Below are positions 16,631-24,803 of a stretch of 62,975 bases of DNA, piece by piece. The notes below the pieces were generated by a model that did no database searches, was not told the DNA's origin, and worked only from the letters and a program-made list of their open reading frames with translations. The position numbers were made by a program, and so were the translations under genes. Position 1 is the stretch's first letter. Each line of letters starts with the position of its first letter. The stretch covers positions 1 through 62,975 of the forward strand of contig JBILEK010000004.1 of the NCBI GenBank assembly GCA_044352155.1, written 5' to 3'. This stretch comes from Bdellovibrionia bacterium (GTDB lineage Bacteria > Bdellovibrionota > UBA1018 > JBILEK01).

Positions 16631-17778
16631 TTTTCCTCCTCACTCTGTGGGGATCTCCTGTGCTGGCCGATGATCGGCCGGGTTGGTTTTCCAAGGACTT
16701 CAAGTCCTCCGAGGAGTGGGGTTTTTATTGTGAATCTCAGGGGAGCAATGAGAGCGAAGCACTTCAGGGTGCGAGGGCACAGTGCTCGTCCAAGATCTGT
16801 CTCCTCTTTGGCGTGGAGGTGGACTACCAAGTCGTCACGAAAGAAGATCTGAAAAGCGCCTCCGTCTCTGCGACTACGATTGAGAAATGTCCCAATGTCA
16901 GGGTGAGCGGTAGAACTGAGAAGAAGAAGTCTGTCGAGTGTACCGATAAGCAGTGTGTCGCGTACATTCTTCAGCACTACCCGAAGGCTGAATACGACAA
17001 GGAATATCGCCGCCTCAATCAACCGAAAATTTCTCAGGTCATAGAAAAGACGATTGTAGTCCGGGAAGGCACTACCACCTTTGCTGATCCGAAGCCGTGC
17101 ATTGAAAGTGTTTCAGACTACTCCAAGGTGAGGGGGGAGCGAGAAGAGGATCTCAAGCGCCGAGTCTCGTTTTTGACGCGTGCGCAGAGCACTTGCGTGA
17201 ATCTCGATTATCGGGACATCCCTCTAGCTAACAAAATCAATGGTCTGATGATCAGCGCATTCGGGAGCCGTAGTGCCAGCACGGCCGTCAGGCTGAATCA
17301 GGTTTTGGTCAAGGCTCCGACCTACGAGGCGAAAATCGCTCAACTTCTCCAATTTGAAAAAGATGCGATTGATGGGGCTCCAAGAATCGCTCAGCTAAAG
17401 AAATTCATGGAAGATCACTATGATGCCTTGTTCGGAAACCGGGGTCCGGTTGAGGATTATCTAAAAGAGCTGAACTCCTGCAAGATTCACGGCCAGATGC
17501 TTTTGCTTTGGCCAAAAAACTTTACTTCAAGTGTTGTTCCCTGCCGCAAGAGAGATGGCTCGATGGAGAACGTTTGTTTTTCAATGGAACTTTCGATTGC
17601 GAGGGGGAAGTACCTAGGTTGCGTCTGCCATCGCGGGGCGAAAGAAAACCCGCAGGAATGTGTGAAATCTTTGTGGACTTTTCTTGAGGAAAGTTGCCCC
17701 GATCAGTTCACCCCGGAATGCATGAAAAACTTTTCACAAAGAGTTGCAGAAAAAATGAAAATGGATATCCGTCATTGA
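16609..17778 (+). CDS. Secreted cysteine-rich protein (hypothetical)
   Basis: Signal peptide MGPERFIIFLLTLWGSPVLA. The 389-aa protein has many Cys residues, including C-terminal CxC and CxxxxxxC clusters. Its start lies 22 nt inside the upstream lipoprotein gene. Confidence 0.6.
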   Translation: MGPERFIIFLLTLWGSPVLADDRPGWFSKDFKSSEEWGFYCESQGSNESEALQGARAQCSSKICLLFGVEVDYQVVTKEDLKSASVSATTIEKCPNVRVSGRTEKKKSVECTDKQCVAYILQHYPKAEYDKEYRRLNQPKISQVIEKTIVVREGTTTFADPKPCIESVSDYSKVRGEREEDLKRRVSFLTRAQSTCVNLDYRDIPLANKINGLMISAFGSRSASTAVRLNQVLVKAPTYEAKIAQLLQFEKDAIDGAPRIAQLKKFMEDHYDALFGNRGPVEDYLKELNSCKIHGQMLLLWPKNFTSSVVPCRKRDGSMENVCFSMELSIARGKYLGCVCHRGAKENPQECVKSLWTFLEESCPDQFTPECMKNFSQRVAEKMKMDIRH

Positions 17779-17834
17779 CGGAATCAGAAAACGAGCTTTC
17801 TGCTCGGTTCCAAGATCGGCAGGATTATCGAGTA

Positions 17835-17921
17835 TGGTGGCCCCTCCGAGACTCGAACTCGGACACCCGTGAGGGCGGTGGATTTTGAATCCACTACGTC
17901 TACCAATTCCGTCAAAGGGCC
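17835..17921 (-). tRNA. tRNA-Leu (anticodon CAA), CCA encoded
   Basis: The reverse complement reads GGCCCTTTGACGGAATTGGTAGACGTAGTGGATTCAAAATCCACCGCCCTCACGGGTGTCCGAGTTCGAGTCTCGGAGGGGCCACCA. It has a 7-bp acceptor stem and an anticodon stem GTGGA/TCCAC with loop TTCAAAA. It also has a long variable arm, a T-stem CCGAG/CTCGG with a TTCGAGT loop, and a 3' CCA. Confidence 0.92.
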
Positions 17922-17975
17922 ACATCACTACAACTTGACTACGACGATTATACGAATCGCATAAACCTGTCTACG

Positions 17976-18968
17976 CTATACGCGTCGCAGCACCCCTGTG
18001 GGCGAAAGCACAAAAGGAACCCCAATCTCAAGCGGCGCGTTTTTGCGCCCATGTCCAATCGGAAGCCCTTCCAGCACAGGCACCCCAAGACGATCTGAGA
18101 GCGATCCAAAGATCTCTTTGAGTGCAGCTTGGATTGAATAGGTTTTCCTGACCGCAACACGATCTTGCGGGCGAGGCGAGAGAAGTTTTTTTTCGCGCTG
18201 CCGTGCAAGAGGCTGCTGCTTTAGAAACAGCGGCGCCTGATCAACACAATCCGCAAACTCACCCAGCAATATCGCTCGCACCCCGCGCAGTCCCCCACTT
18301 TGCTCCAAATGGATGATCATGCGATCAATGCGGCTTGGACTCTCAGCCAGATCCTCTAAAAAAAGCATTTTCCCGTCGAGTTTTGGTGCCCACGGGGTGC
18401 CCTGCAAAGTCATCCAGACTGCGAGATTTCCACCTAAAATCTCTGCCGTGATCTCTCCCTGAGGCCTCAAGGAGCCTAAGAACTTACCTTGCCACTGGAT
18501 CAACATACGCTGACCCAAAACCGCGCCTTGAAGCTCCTTCCACTCCCGCGCCGACTGGAGCGTAAACCACTTCGAAGCGGGTACTGGAGCATGGATCGCG
18601 CTCCACCCCCAACGCGCACGCGCAAACTCCAGAAGCGGCGTAATGTCAGAAAATCCGACGAGCGTCTTTAGGGGAGGCTTTCCTCGCTCCTGTGTCGCTT
18701 TTTCCAGATACGGAAGCAGGTGATTAGCTCCGTATCCGCCTCGCGCGCACCAAACAATCCGCTCCGGCGACTCCCACGCAGCTTCGATCATCGCCTGAGC
18801 GCGCTCAAGATCTGATCCAGCAAAGAGAAAATGCTTTTTCTTACACCGCGGATCCAGACGCACAGAAAACCCCTCAGCCCTTAAGCGCTCGACCCCCATC
18901 TGAAGCTCTACGCGTGGCACGACCGAGCTTGGTGCTACGATGACTACGGATTTTGGATCAGTGACCAA
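17976..18968 (-). CDS. LD-carboxypeptidase (peptidase S66, LdcA/MccF-like)
   Basis: Motifs VVIVAPSS, WCARGGYGANHLL, VGFSDIT, FLEDLAESPSRIDRMIIHL and GLPIGHG. I prefer the TTG at 18968, preceded by AAGGAGG with an 8-nt spacer. The ORF-track start at 19055 would overlap engB. Confidence 0.8.
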   Translation of the reverse strand: MVTDPKSVVIVAPSSVVPRVELQMGVERLRAEGFSVRLDPRCKKKHFLFAGSDLERAQAMIEAAWESPERIVWCARGGYGANHLLPYLEKATQERGKPPLKTLVGFSDITPLLEFARARWGWSAIHAPVPASKWFTLQSAREWKELQGAVLGQRMLIQWQGKFLGSLRPQGEITAEILGGNLAVWMTLQGTPWAPKLDGKMLFLEDLAESPSRIDRMIIHLEQSGGLRGVRAILLGEFADCVDQAPLFLKQQPLARQREKKLLSPRPQDRVAVRKTYSIQAALKEIFGSLSDRLGVPVLEGLPIGHGRKNAPLEIGVPFVLSPTGVLRRV

Positions 18969-18988
18969 CCCGTTACCCTCCTTACGCC

Positions 18989-19636
18989 TCACCGTAGCTC
19001 CCGGATCCGTGCAGTGAGCGCGTCGATCCCCTCGCCGTGCTTGGAGGAGACCCAAAGTACGGCGTCTCCCTCAAGTACGCGCTCAGGAATGCCGAGCTCC
19101 CGAAACTCAGTGCGGATGTTTTTTTTGCGCTCGGCGCGGTCGGCCTGTCGCTTCAGAGAATCTGTTTTCGTAAGAACCCACGTCACCGACACTCCGAGAC
19201 TCTCGAGGAAAAAATACGCATCTCCATCAATTGAGCGTAGCGAAGTTTTTGCATCCGCGAGTAAAAAGACACGCTTAAGCTCGGGATCTTTTTTTAAGTA
19301 CGCCTGCATGAGCTTGCGCCAAGCCACACGATCCTCCTCAGAGACGCGCGCGAACCCATAGCCCGGCAAGTCCACAAGAACGACGCCTTCTTTCTCCCAG
19401 GCAAAAAACTGAATCGCACTGGTCTTCCCTGGCGTCTTACTCACACGAGCGAGGTCGCGTCCGAAAAGTGCGTTAATCAGTGAGCTCTTGCCGACGTTTG
19501 AGCGGCCCACAAACGCAATGCGTGGAAGCGCGATACGCTCTTGGTCCGCAACCACACAGCCCTCCTGAAGAACGCTCCCCACTCCGGCCGGGTGAGAGAG
19601 CGTGGTCAGCCAAAAAGGAGGGCGCGGTGCTTTCAT
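18989..19636 (-). CDS. engB: Ribosome-biogenesis GTPase EngB/YsxC
   Basis: G1 is FVGRSNVGKSSLINAL, G3 is VDLPGYGFA and G4 is TKTD. The ATG at 19636 (MKAPRPP...) gives the usual ~215 aa. The 105 extra upstream codons in the ORF track look non-coding. Confidence 0.9.
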   Translation of the reverse strand: MKAPRPPFWLTTLSHPAGVGSVLQEGCVVADQERIALPRIAFVGRSNVGKSSLINALFGRDLARVSKTPGKTSAIQFFAWEKEGVVLVDLPGYGFARVSEEDRVAWRKLMQAYLKKDPELKRVFLLADAKTSLRSIDGDAYFFLESLGVSVTWVLTKTDSLKRQADRAERKKNIRTEFRELGIPERVLEGDAVLWVSSKHGEGIDALTARIRELR

Positions 19637-19813
19637 CAGTCGTTTCTCATGCGCGCGACCGAAGTCGCAAAAATGCGACCTCTCTCGTCTTGCAGCGTGC
19701 TTTTCATTCTCCGAAGAATGCGAACGTTTTTCAAGACTTAGAGCGTCCAGACCGAAGATCGAATCCCGGCCCAAGCCTTGCCCCTTGAGCTCCCCATACA
19801 AAGGAGCCCCCCC

Positions 19814-21073
19814 ATGCAATGGACACTCAAAATCGAAGAACCCCAACTCTCCCCCCGCCTGCTCACCTTGGATGCCGGTGCAACACTTGGCAAAAGCGCA
19901 GAGTGTCAAATCCCTCTCGCAGATCCAAGCCTGCCTGCGCTTGCGGCCCAACTCTGCGTCATCGAAGAGCCCAAAGTGCGACTCTGGATCTCAATTGCCC
20001 CTGAAACTCCACAGGCGCGTTTGGGATCTCTGGAGGCCCGAGAGTTTGAGATGCCCTATGATCTACCCGTGCGTCTGGGGCAGACGCGACTCACGCTTTT
20101 GCGCCAAGAGGCCGAGCTAGAGAATCTGCCGCGTGTCCCACGCGGAAGCTCGGTTCAAGCCTGGTCGACCGCATCACCGGCAGGACGCACCTTGCTCATG
20201 ACGGCTTTTAAAGCCGCGCAGACTCCACTTTCACTCTATCTCGAAGGAGAGACTGGCACCGGCAAAGAGGTCCTTGCCCATCTCCTGCACGCGTGGAGTA
20301 AACGCAATAAAGGCCCTTTTGTCGCACTCAACTGCGCAGCTCTAACCTTGAGCTTGGCTGAGAGTGAACTCTTCGGACACACGAAGGGCGCATTTACTGG
20401 CGCGTTTCGCTCACGTTCGGGTGCGCTTTTACAAGCCCATGGGGGAACTCTATTCTTGGATGAGATTGGTGATCTTTCTCACGACATCCAAGTGAAGCTG
20501 CTGCGTTTTCTTGAAAACGGCGAGATTCGCCCGGTCGGGTCCGACTCCACTTTGAAGTCAGAAGTCCGACTCATCTGCGCCACTCACCGCCCCCTTGAAA
20601 GACTCGTCAGCGAGGGCAAGTTTCGGCAGGATCTCTATTTCAGACTTGCTTCGATCACTTTGAAACTCCCCCCTCTTCGCGATCGGCCTGCGGATGTGCG
20701 GATGCTATCGGAGCGGTTTGCTGCAGACTTTGGAAAAGTTCTCGCTCCTGAGGCAGGAGAGCGCCTTCTTGGGCACTCATGGCCAGGTAATGTGCGCGAG
20801 CTTCGTCATGCCATCGAGCGCGCGGCAGGAATGGCTGAGTCTCAACAAATTCTTTTAGGGACTAAGGATTTCGAGTTTCTTGAAACAAGCGTAGCGCCGA
20901 GCGCAGATGAGTCTCTCAATCTTCGCGAAGTCGAGCGCCGTCTGCTCGCTCGCGCGCTTGAGATCAGCCACGGCAATCGCGCTCAGGCCGCGCGACTCCT
21001 GGGTGTGGCGCGAAGTACTTTGTTTGAAATGCTACGCCGTCACCGCCTCCGTGAGGAGACGCACGTCGCGTAG
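19814..21073 (+). CDS. Sigma-54-dependent transcriptional activator (bEBP) with FHA-like N-terminal domain and Fis-type HTH
   Basis: An AAGGAG SD lies 7 nt before the ATG at 19814. AAA+ core motifs are GETGTGKE, GAFTGA and GTLFLDEIG. The C-terminal HTH is RAQAARLLGVARSTLFEMLRRH. The N-terminal ~95 aa lack receiver-domain motifs. Confidence 0.9.
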   Translation: MQWTLKIEEPQLSPRLLTLDAGATLGKSAECQIPLADPSLPALAAQLCVIEEPKVRLWISIAPETPQARLGSLEAREFEMPYDLPVRLGQTRLTLLRQEAELENLPRVPRGSSVQAWSTASPAGRTLLMTAFKAAQTPLSLYLEGETGTGKEVLAHLLHAWSKRNKGPFVALNCAALTLSLAESELFGHTKGAFTGAFRSRSGALLQAHGGTLFLDEIGDLSHDIQVKLLRFLENGEIRPVGSDSTLKSEVRLICATHRPLERLVSEGKFRQDLYFRLASITLKLPPLRDRPADVRMLSERFAADFGKVLAPEAGERLLGHSWPGNVRELRHAIERAAGMAESQQILLGTKDFEFLETSVAPSADESLNLREVERRLLARALEISHGNRAQAARLLGVARSTLFEMLRRHRLREETHVA

Positions 21074-21086
21074 CGCTCGATCCTGA

Positions 21087-21113
21087 CGCCTCCACACTCA
21101 GAGTGTGGGGGCG
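21087..21113. terminator. Hairpin between convergent genes (putative bidirectional terminator)
   Basis: An 11-bp stem CGCCTCCACAC / GTGTGGGGGCG (one G-U pair) with a TCAGA loop. It lies between the stop at 21073 (+) and the stop at 21114 (-). The T-tract is weak. Confidence 0.45.
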
Positions 21114-21818
21114 TTAGTTCACAATGAGCTTAGTGAAAAAAACTTTCTGAACTCGTCCTTTGCCGATGAACTGATTGAGCTTAAGGAGAACAGTTTCTTT
21201 CATCCGCGTCCGACCCAGAGTGCTCATAACAGCCTCACGATCTAGGCCAGAAAAAGCTGCTAAAATCTGATCCCTCAAGCTCGTCATACTCGCCTCGATG
21301 CGACTGCAAGTCTCCGTGGAGTCACACTCAATTGAAATCTCAACCTCTGCTAGGTTTTGAGCGCCTCGCGCCTTAGGCTCACCTGGAATCTCTTGCAAAC
21401 TAAAAGTAAAACTCCCCAAAAGCAGCTGACCAACGGCTCGCTGAGCATCTTCACGCTGTTTGGCTAAGAACTCGTCCAAAATGCGCTGTTGTTCGAGCTC
21501 AAGCGCGGTGGGCACGGGTGGAGGGGGTTTGGCGGGAAAAAAAACTCGCTTAAACGTCCACGCCCCAGTCCATCCAGCCCCTACGATCGAAATCCAAAAC
21601 ACGATCGCCATCCGCCGAGTAGGGCCGTCAGTCGAGCGCAAAGCACGCGCAACTTCTTTCCAAAACGCTTGAACGTCTGACCAACGAATCGGGGGCTGCC
21701 ACTTTTTCTTTTTCTTCTTTTTCTTACCCGTCCCTTTCGCCGAACCCTTGGGTTTCGCTTTGGGCTTTGATTCCTCGGTTGACGGGGCTTTTGGCGCTTC
21801 AGACATCTCTTTCTTCAT
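21114..21818 (-). CDS. FliL-like membrane protein with poly-lysine N-terminal tail
   Basis: N-terminus KPKAKPKGSAKGTGKKKKKKKKW, then one TM segment (IVFWISIVGAGWTGAW). The C-terminal block LAEVEISIE...LRDQILAAFSGL...KETVLLKLNQFIGKGRVQKVFFTKLIVN resembles the FliL family. Confidence 0.5.
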   Translation of the reverse strand: MKKEMSEAPKAPSTEESKPKAKPKGSAKGTGKKKKKKKKWQPPIRWSDVQAFWKEVARALRSTDGPTRRMAIVFWISIVGAGWTGAWTFKRVFFPAKPPPPVPTALELEQQRILDEFLAKQREDAQRAVGQLLLGSFTFSLQEIPGEPKARGAQNLAEVEISIECDSTETCSRIEASMTSLRDQILAAFSGLDREAVMSTLGRTRMKETVLLKLNQFIGKGRVQKVFFTKLIVN

Positions 21819-21901
21819 GGAAGCGCAAAAGTGGAGCGCTGGGTACCGGAAATTTCTGCCTCTCGCGCCCTCGCCGTGACTCCTTCACAATTGGAGAGGA
21901 T

Positions 21902-22276
21902 ATGCGCTTGAGAGCTCTTGTTTTTTGTATTGCACTCAGTGGATGCGCCGCGTTTGAGGGAGTCCTCTCAACCGAGAACTCGGGCTTCGGTGCCGGCGCA
22001 ATTTGGAACAACGCACCAACTTCGCCTCCGAGTCGACGTGCCCTCAGAGCTCCACTCCGGCGAGCTCCTGAGATTGAGCTAGGAATGGAGATGGACGAAG
22101 TGCTTAAAACTTGGGGTGAGCCGATTTCGAGCTCTCACGCTGGGGATCAAACGCAAGGCAACGCCATGTGGGTGTATCCCAGCACGGGAAACGAGCTAAC
22201 GCATGGCAGCGGTGGACGGCGAATTCTGTATTTCGAAGGCGGACAGCTCGCCGGCTGGGAGACCACTCCTTACTAG
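21902..22276 (+). CDS. BamE/SmpA-OmlA-like lipoprotein
   Basis: The ATG at 21902 is preceded by GGAGAGG. Lipobox IALSGC. The pattern GMEMDEVLKTWGEPIS...MWVYPS...ILYFEGGQLAGWE matches the SmpA_OmlA fold. The upstream 45 codons of the ORF track are rejected. Confidence 0.55.
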   Translation: MRLRALVFCIALSGCAAFEGVLSTENSGFGAGAIWNNAPTSPPSRRALRAPLRRAPEIELGMEMDEVLKTWGEPISSSHAGDQTQGNAMWVYPSTGNELTHGSGGRRILYFEGGQLAGWETTPY

Positions 22277-22312
22277 GTTCTCGGCCTATTTGTGCTAGTC
22301 TCCAGGGTTTCT

Positions 22313-23293
22313 ATGGAAGCCCATTTTGATTTTGAAAAGCCCATCGCCACGCTTGAAAAAAAGCTCCAAGACCTGCGCGAGCTCTCGAGCCAAGAAGGTA
22401 TGGATCTCAGTGAGGAGATCGCCCTTCTTGAAAAACGCGTCCACGCGCTGATCGAAGAGACTTATCTCAAGCTCAGTTCGTGGCAAAAAGTTCAGCTCTC
22501 GCGCCATCCTAACCGTCCGTACACTAAAGATTATCTCGAAGCGCTCTACCCAAGCTTTATGGAGCTTCACGGAGATCGCGCGTACTCCGACGATCAAGCG
22601 ATCATTGGGGGGGTTGCAGACACTCCCTCAGGTCCGATCCTGATTTTGGGCCATCAAAAAGGACGTACCACCAAACAAAAGATGGAGCGCAACTTCGGCA
22701 TGGCCAAACCCGAAGGATACCGTAAGGCAATCCGCCTGATGGATCTCGCCAATCGTTCAGGCATGCCGATTCTCACTCTGATCGATACCCCTGGCGCGTA
22801 CCCCGGGATTGAGACCGAAGAGCGTGGCCAAGCTCAAGCCATTGCAGAGAGCATTCAGTTTATGTTCACGCTCAAGGTTCCTGTCGTTGCAGTGGTCATT
22901 GGCGAGGGGGGCTCAGGCGGCGCACTCGCGCTTGGGGTTGCAAATCGTGTGTTTATGCAAGAGTACTCCACCTACTCAGTGATCTCGCCAGAGGGGTGCG
23001 CTTCGATTTTGTGGAGCGACGCTACACTCGCTGAGCGCGCCAGTGAGAAACTGAAAATGGGGCCTTCGGATCTCCTGAAATCAGGCGTCATTGATGGCAT
23101 GATTCCAGAACCCAAAGGCGGTGCCCATCGAGACTGGGCCGAGGCTGCAAAAAATCTCCGCACCAAGGTCGAAGCTGCGTTTGCCGAGCTTCAAAAGCTC
23201 AGCGCTCAAGAGCTGCAAGAGGATCGCTTAAAAAAGTTCCGCTCCATGGGCGCGAACGCGATCGCGAAAACCCAAGGAGCTGAGGCTCGATGA
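22313..23293 (+). CDS. accA: Acetyl-CoA carboxylase carboxyltransferase alpha subunit
   Basis: Motifs HPNRPYT, FMELHGDRAY.DD.AIIGG, LIDTPGAYPG and GEGGSGGALA. Confidence 0.95.
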   Translation: MEAHFDFEKPIATLEKKLQDLRELSSQEGMDLSEEIALLEKRVHALIEETYLKLSSWQKVQLSRHPNRPYTKDYLEALYPSFMELHGDRAYSDDQAIIGGVADTPSGPILILGHQKGRTTKQKMERNFGMAKPEGYRKAIRLMDLANRSGMPILTLIDTPGAYPGIETEERGQAQAIAESIQFMFTLKVPVVAVVIGEGGSGGALALGVANRVFMQEYSTYSVISPEGCASILWSDATLAERASEKLKMGPSDLLKSGVIDGMIPEPKGGAHRDWAEAAKNLRTKVEAAFAELQKLSAQELQEDRLKKFRSMGANAIAKTQGAEAR

Positions 23294-24207
23294 TCCGCTC
23301 GATGACCGGATACGCTTGTGTGCAAGGCGCACCCGAGCAAAAGCGACGCCTTCAAGTGGAGATTCGCTCACTTAACCATCGCAACTTGGACCTGAAGCTG
23401 CGCCTACCGCGAGAGCTTCAGTCTATCGAGCATCTCGCACGCGAGTGGTTAGGAGCTCAGTTCACTCGTGGAGCGATTGAGTGCCGCGCCGAATGGATTG
23501 CGGAGCCCGGTTCTATCGATGGTCCTTCAGAGCCCAACATGGCGCTCGCTGCGCACTATTATGAGAGCCTGATTAAGCTCCAAAAGGCGTTAGGTCTCAC
23601 CGACTCCATCCAGACGAGAGATCTGCTCGCGTTTGGAGAGATTTTTACGAAGTCACAGACTCAAGAGCTTCGACCTGATCCGATTGTATTGTGGGAAAGC
23701 GTAAAACCCGTATTTGAGAGTGCCGTAAAATCCTTGCAAAAAATGCGTGCCGTCGAGGGGGAGAAACTCCTTGAAGTCTTGGGCCAAGCACGAAGAACTT
23801 TGCTCGAAAAAATTGCGACTCTCGACTCTCTCCGAAAAAAAAGTGCTGCCGCGATTAAAGAAAAAACCGCCACACGTACTCGTGAAATTTTTGAGGCCCA
23901 CCCTATCTCTGACCCTCAAGTGAAATCTGTACTCGAGTCTCGTCTTGCCCAAGAGCTTGCGCTCCTGCTTGATCGCACGGACATTGAGGAGGAACTCGTA
24001 CGGTTTCGAAACCACCTGGATCATATGGAAAAAATTCTCACCTCAGGTGGACCCTGCGGGAAAAAACTCGACTTTGTCTTTCAAGAGTTGCACCGCGAAA
24101 TCAACACGCTTGGGAACAAAGCCCAAGACTATGGCATGAGCGAGCACGTCGTAGATGCCAAAGTCCGTATCGAACAAATGCGCGAACAAACGATGAACGT
24201 CGAGTAA
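23290..24207 (+). CDS. yicC: YicC/YloC-family stress-induced protein (endoribonuclease)
   Basis: N-terminus MIRSMTGYA, and C-terminus DIEEELVRFRNHLDHM...GKKLDFVFQELHREINTLGNKA. There is an ATGA overlap with accA. Confidence 0.9.
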   Translation: MIRSMTGYACVQGAPEQKRRLQVEIRSLNHRNLDLKLRLPRELQSIEHLAREWLGAQFTRGAIECRAEWIAEPGSIDGPSEPNMALAAHYYESLIKLQKALGLTDSIQTRDLLAFGEIFTKSQTQELRPDPIVLWESVKPVFESAVKSLQKMRAVEGEKLLEVLGQARRTLLEKIATLDSLRKKSAAAIKEKTATRTREIFEAHPISDPQVKSVLESRLAQELALLLDRTDIEEELVRFRNHLDHMEKILTSGGPCGKKLDFVFQELHREINTLGNKAQDYGMSEHVVDAKVRIEQMREQTMNVE

Positions 24208-24218
24208 CCTCCCAATCC

Positions 24219-24803
24219 ATGGCCGTCAGATTTCCAAAACTCATCATCGTCGCAGCTCCTTCGGGTGCTGGAAAAACCACTCTCTGCCGAAAGCTCTTGC
24301 AAGAGTTTCCCGAGGAGATGGCACTTTCGATCTCAACAACGACGCGAGATCCGCGCCCCGGAGAGCAGGACGGGCGCGAGTATTTTTTTTGTTCTCGTAC
24401 CGAGTTTGAGTCCAAAATTGCACGAGGCGAATTTGCAGAGTGGGCGCGGGTGCATGAGCGTCTTTATGGCACTTCTCGCGACATCCTGGATCGCACCTTA
24501 GAGAGCGGGAAATCGGTACTTCTAGATATCGATGTACAGGGGGCAGCCTCACTTCGTGCAGCGTACGCGGGGCGCACGTTTAGCGTGTTTGTGGTCCCGC
24601 CCAGTATGGAAGTGCTTGAGGCTCGCTTACGTGCCCGCCAAAGCGAGAGCGAAGAGGCCATCGCACTCCGCTTACAAAATGCACGTGCCGAAATGAAGCG
24701 TGCGTCTGAGTTCGATAAAGTACTCATCAACGATACTTTTGAGCACGCCTACGCCCAGCTCCGTCAATGGGTGCTTGAGCAAACCGGGAGTCTGCACACT
24801 TGA
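24219..24803 (+). CDS. gmk: Guanylate kinase
   Basis: P-loop APSGAGKTT, plus TTRDPRPGEQDGREYFF and EWARVHERLYGTS. Confidence 0.95.
   Translation: MAVRFPKLIIVAAPSGAGKTTLCRKLLQEFPEEMALSISTTTRDPRPGEQDGREYFFCSRTEFESKIARGEFAEWARVHERLYGTSRDILDRTLESGKSVLLDIDVQGAASLRAAYAGRTFSVFVVPPSMEVLEARLRARQSESEEAIALRLQNARAEMKRASEFDKVLINDTFEHAYAQLRQWVLEQTGSLHT

Noticed and set aside
16034-17778. Claiming a lower GC content for the tRNA-adjacent islet as evidence of horizontal transfer
   Set aside because: A rough hand count (~47% in the first 100 nt) is similar to some core genes here, such as the rel 5' end. Without a proper windowed calculation the difference is not demonstrable.
19637-19951. 5' extension of the engB ORF (105 extra codons)
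   Set aside because: EngB homology starts right after the ATG at 19636. The extension would run into the divergent sigma-54 activator promoter and gene, and it looks non-coding.
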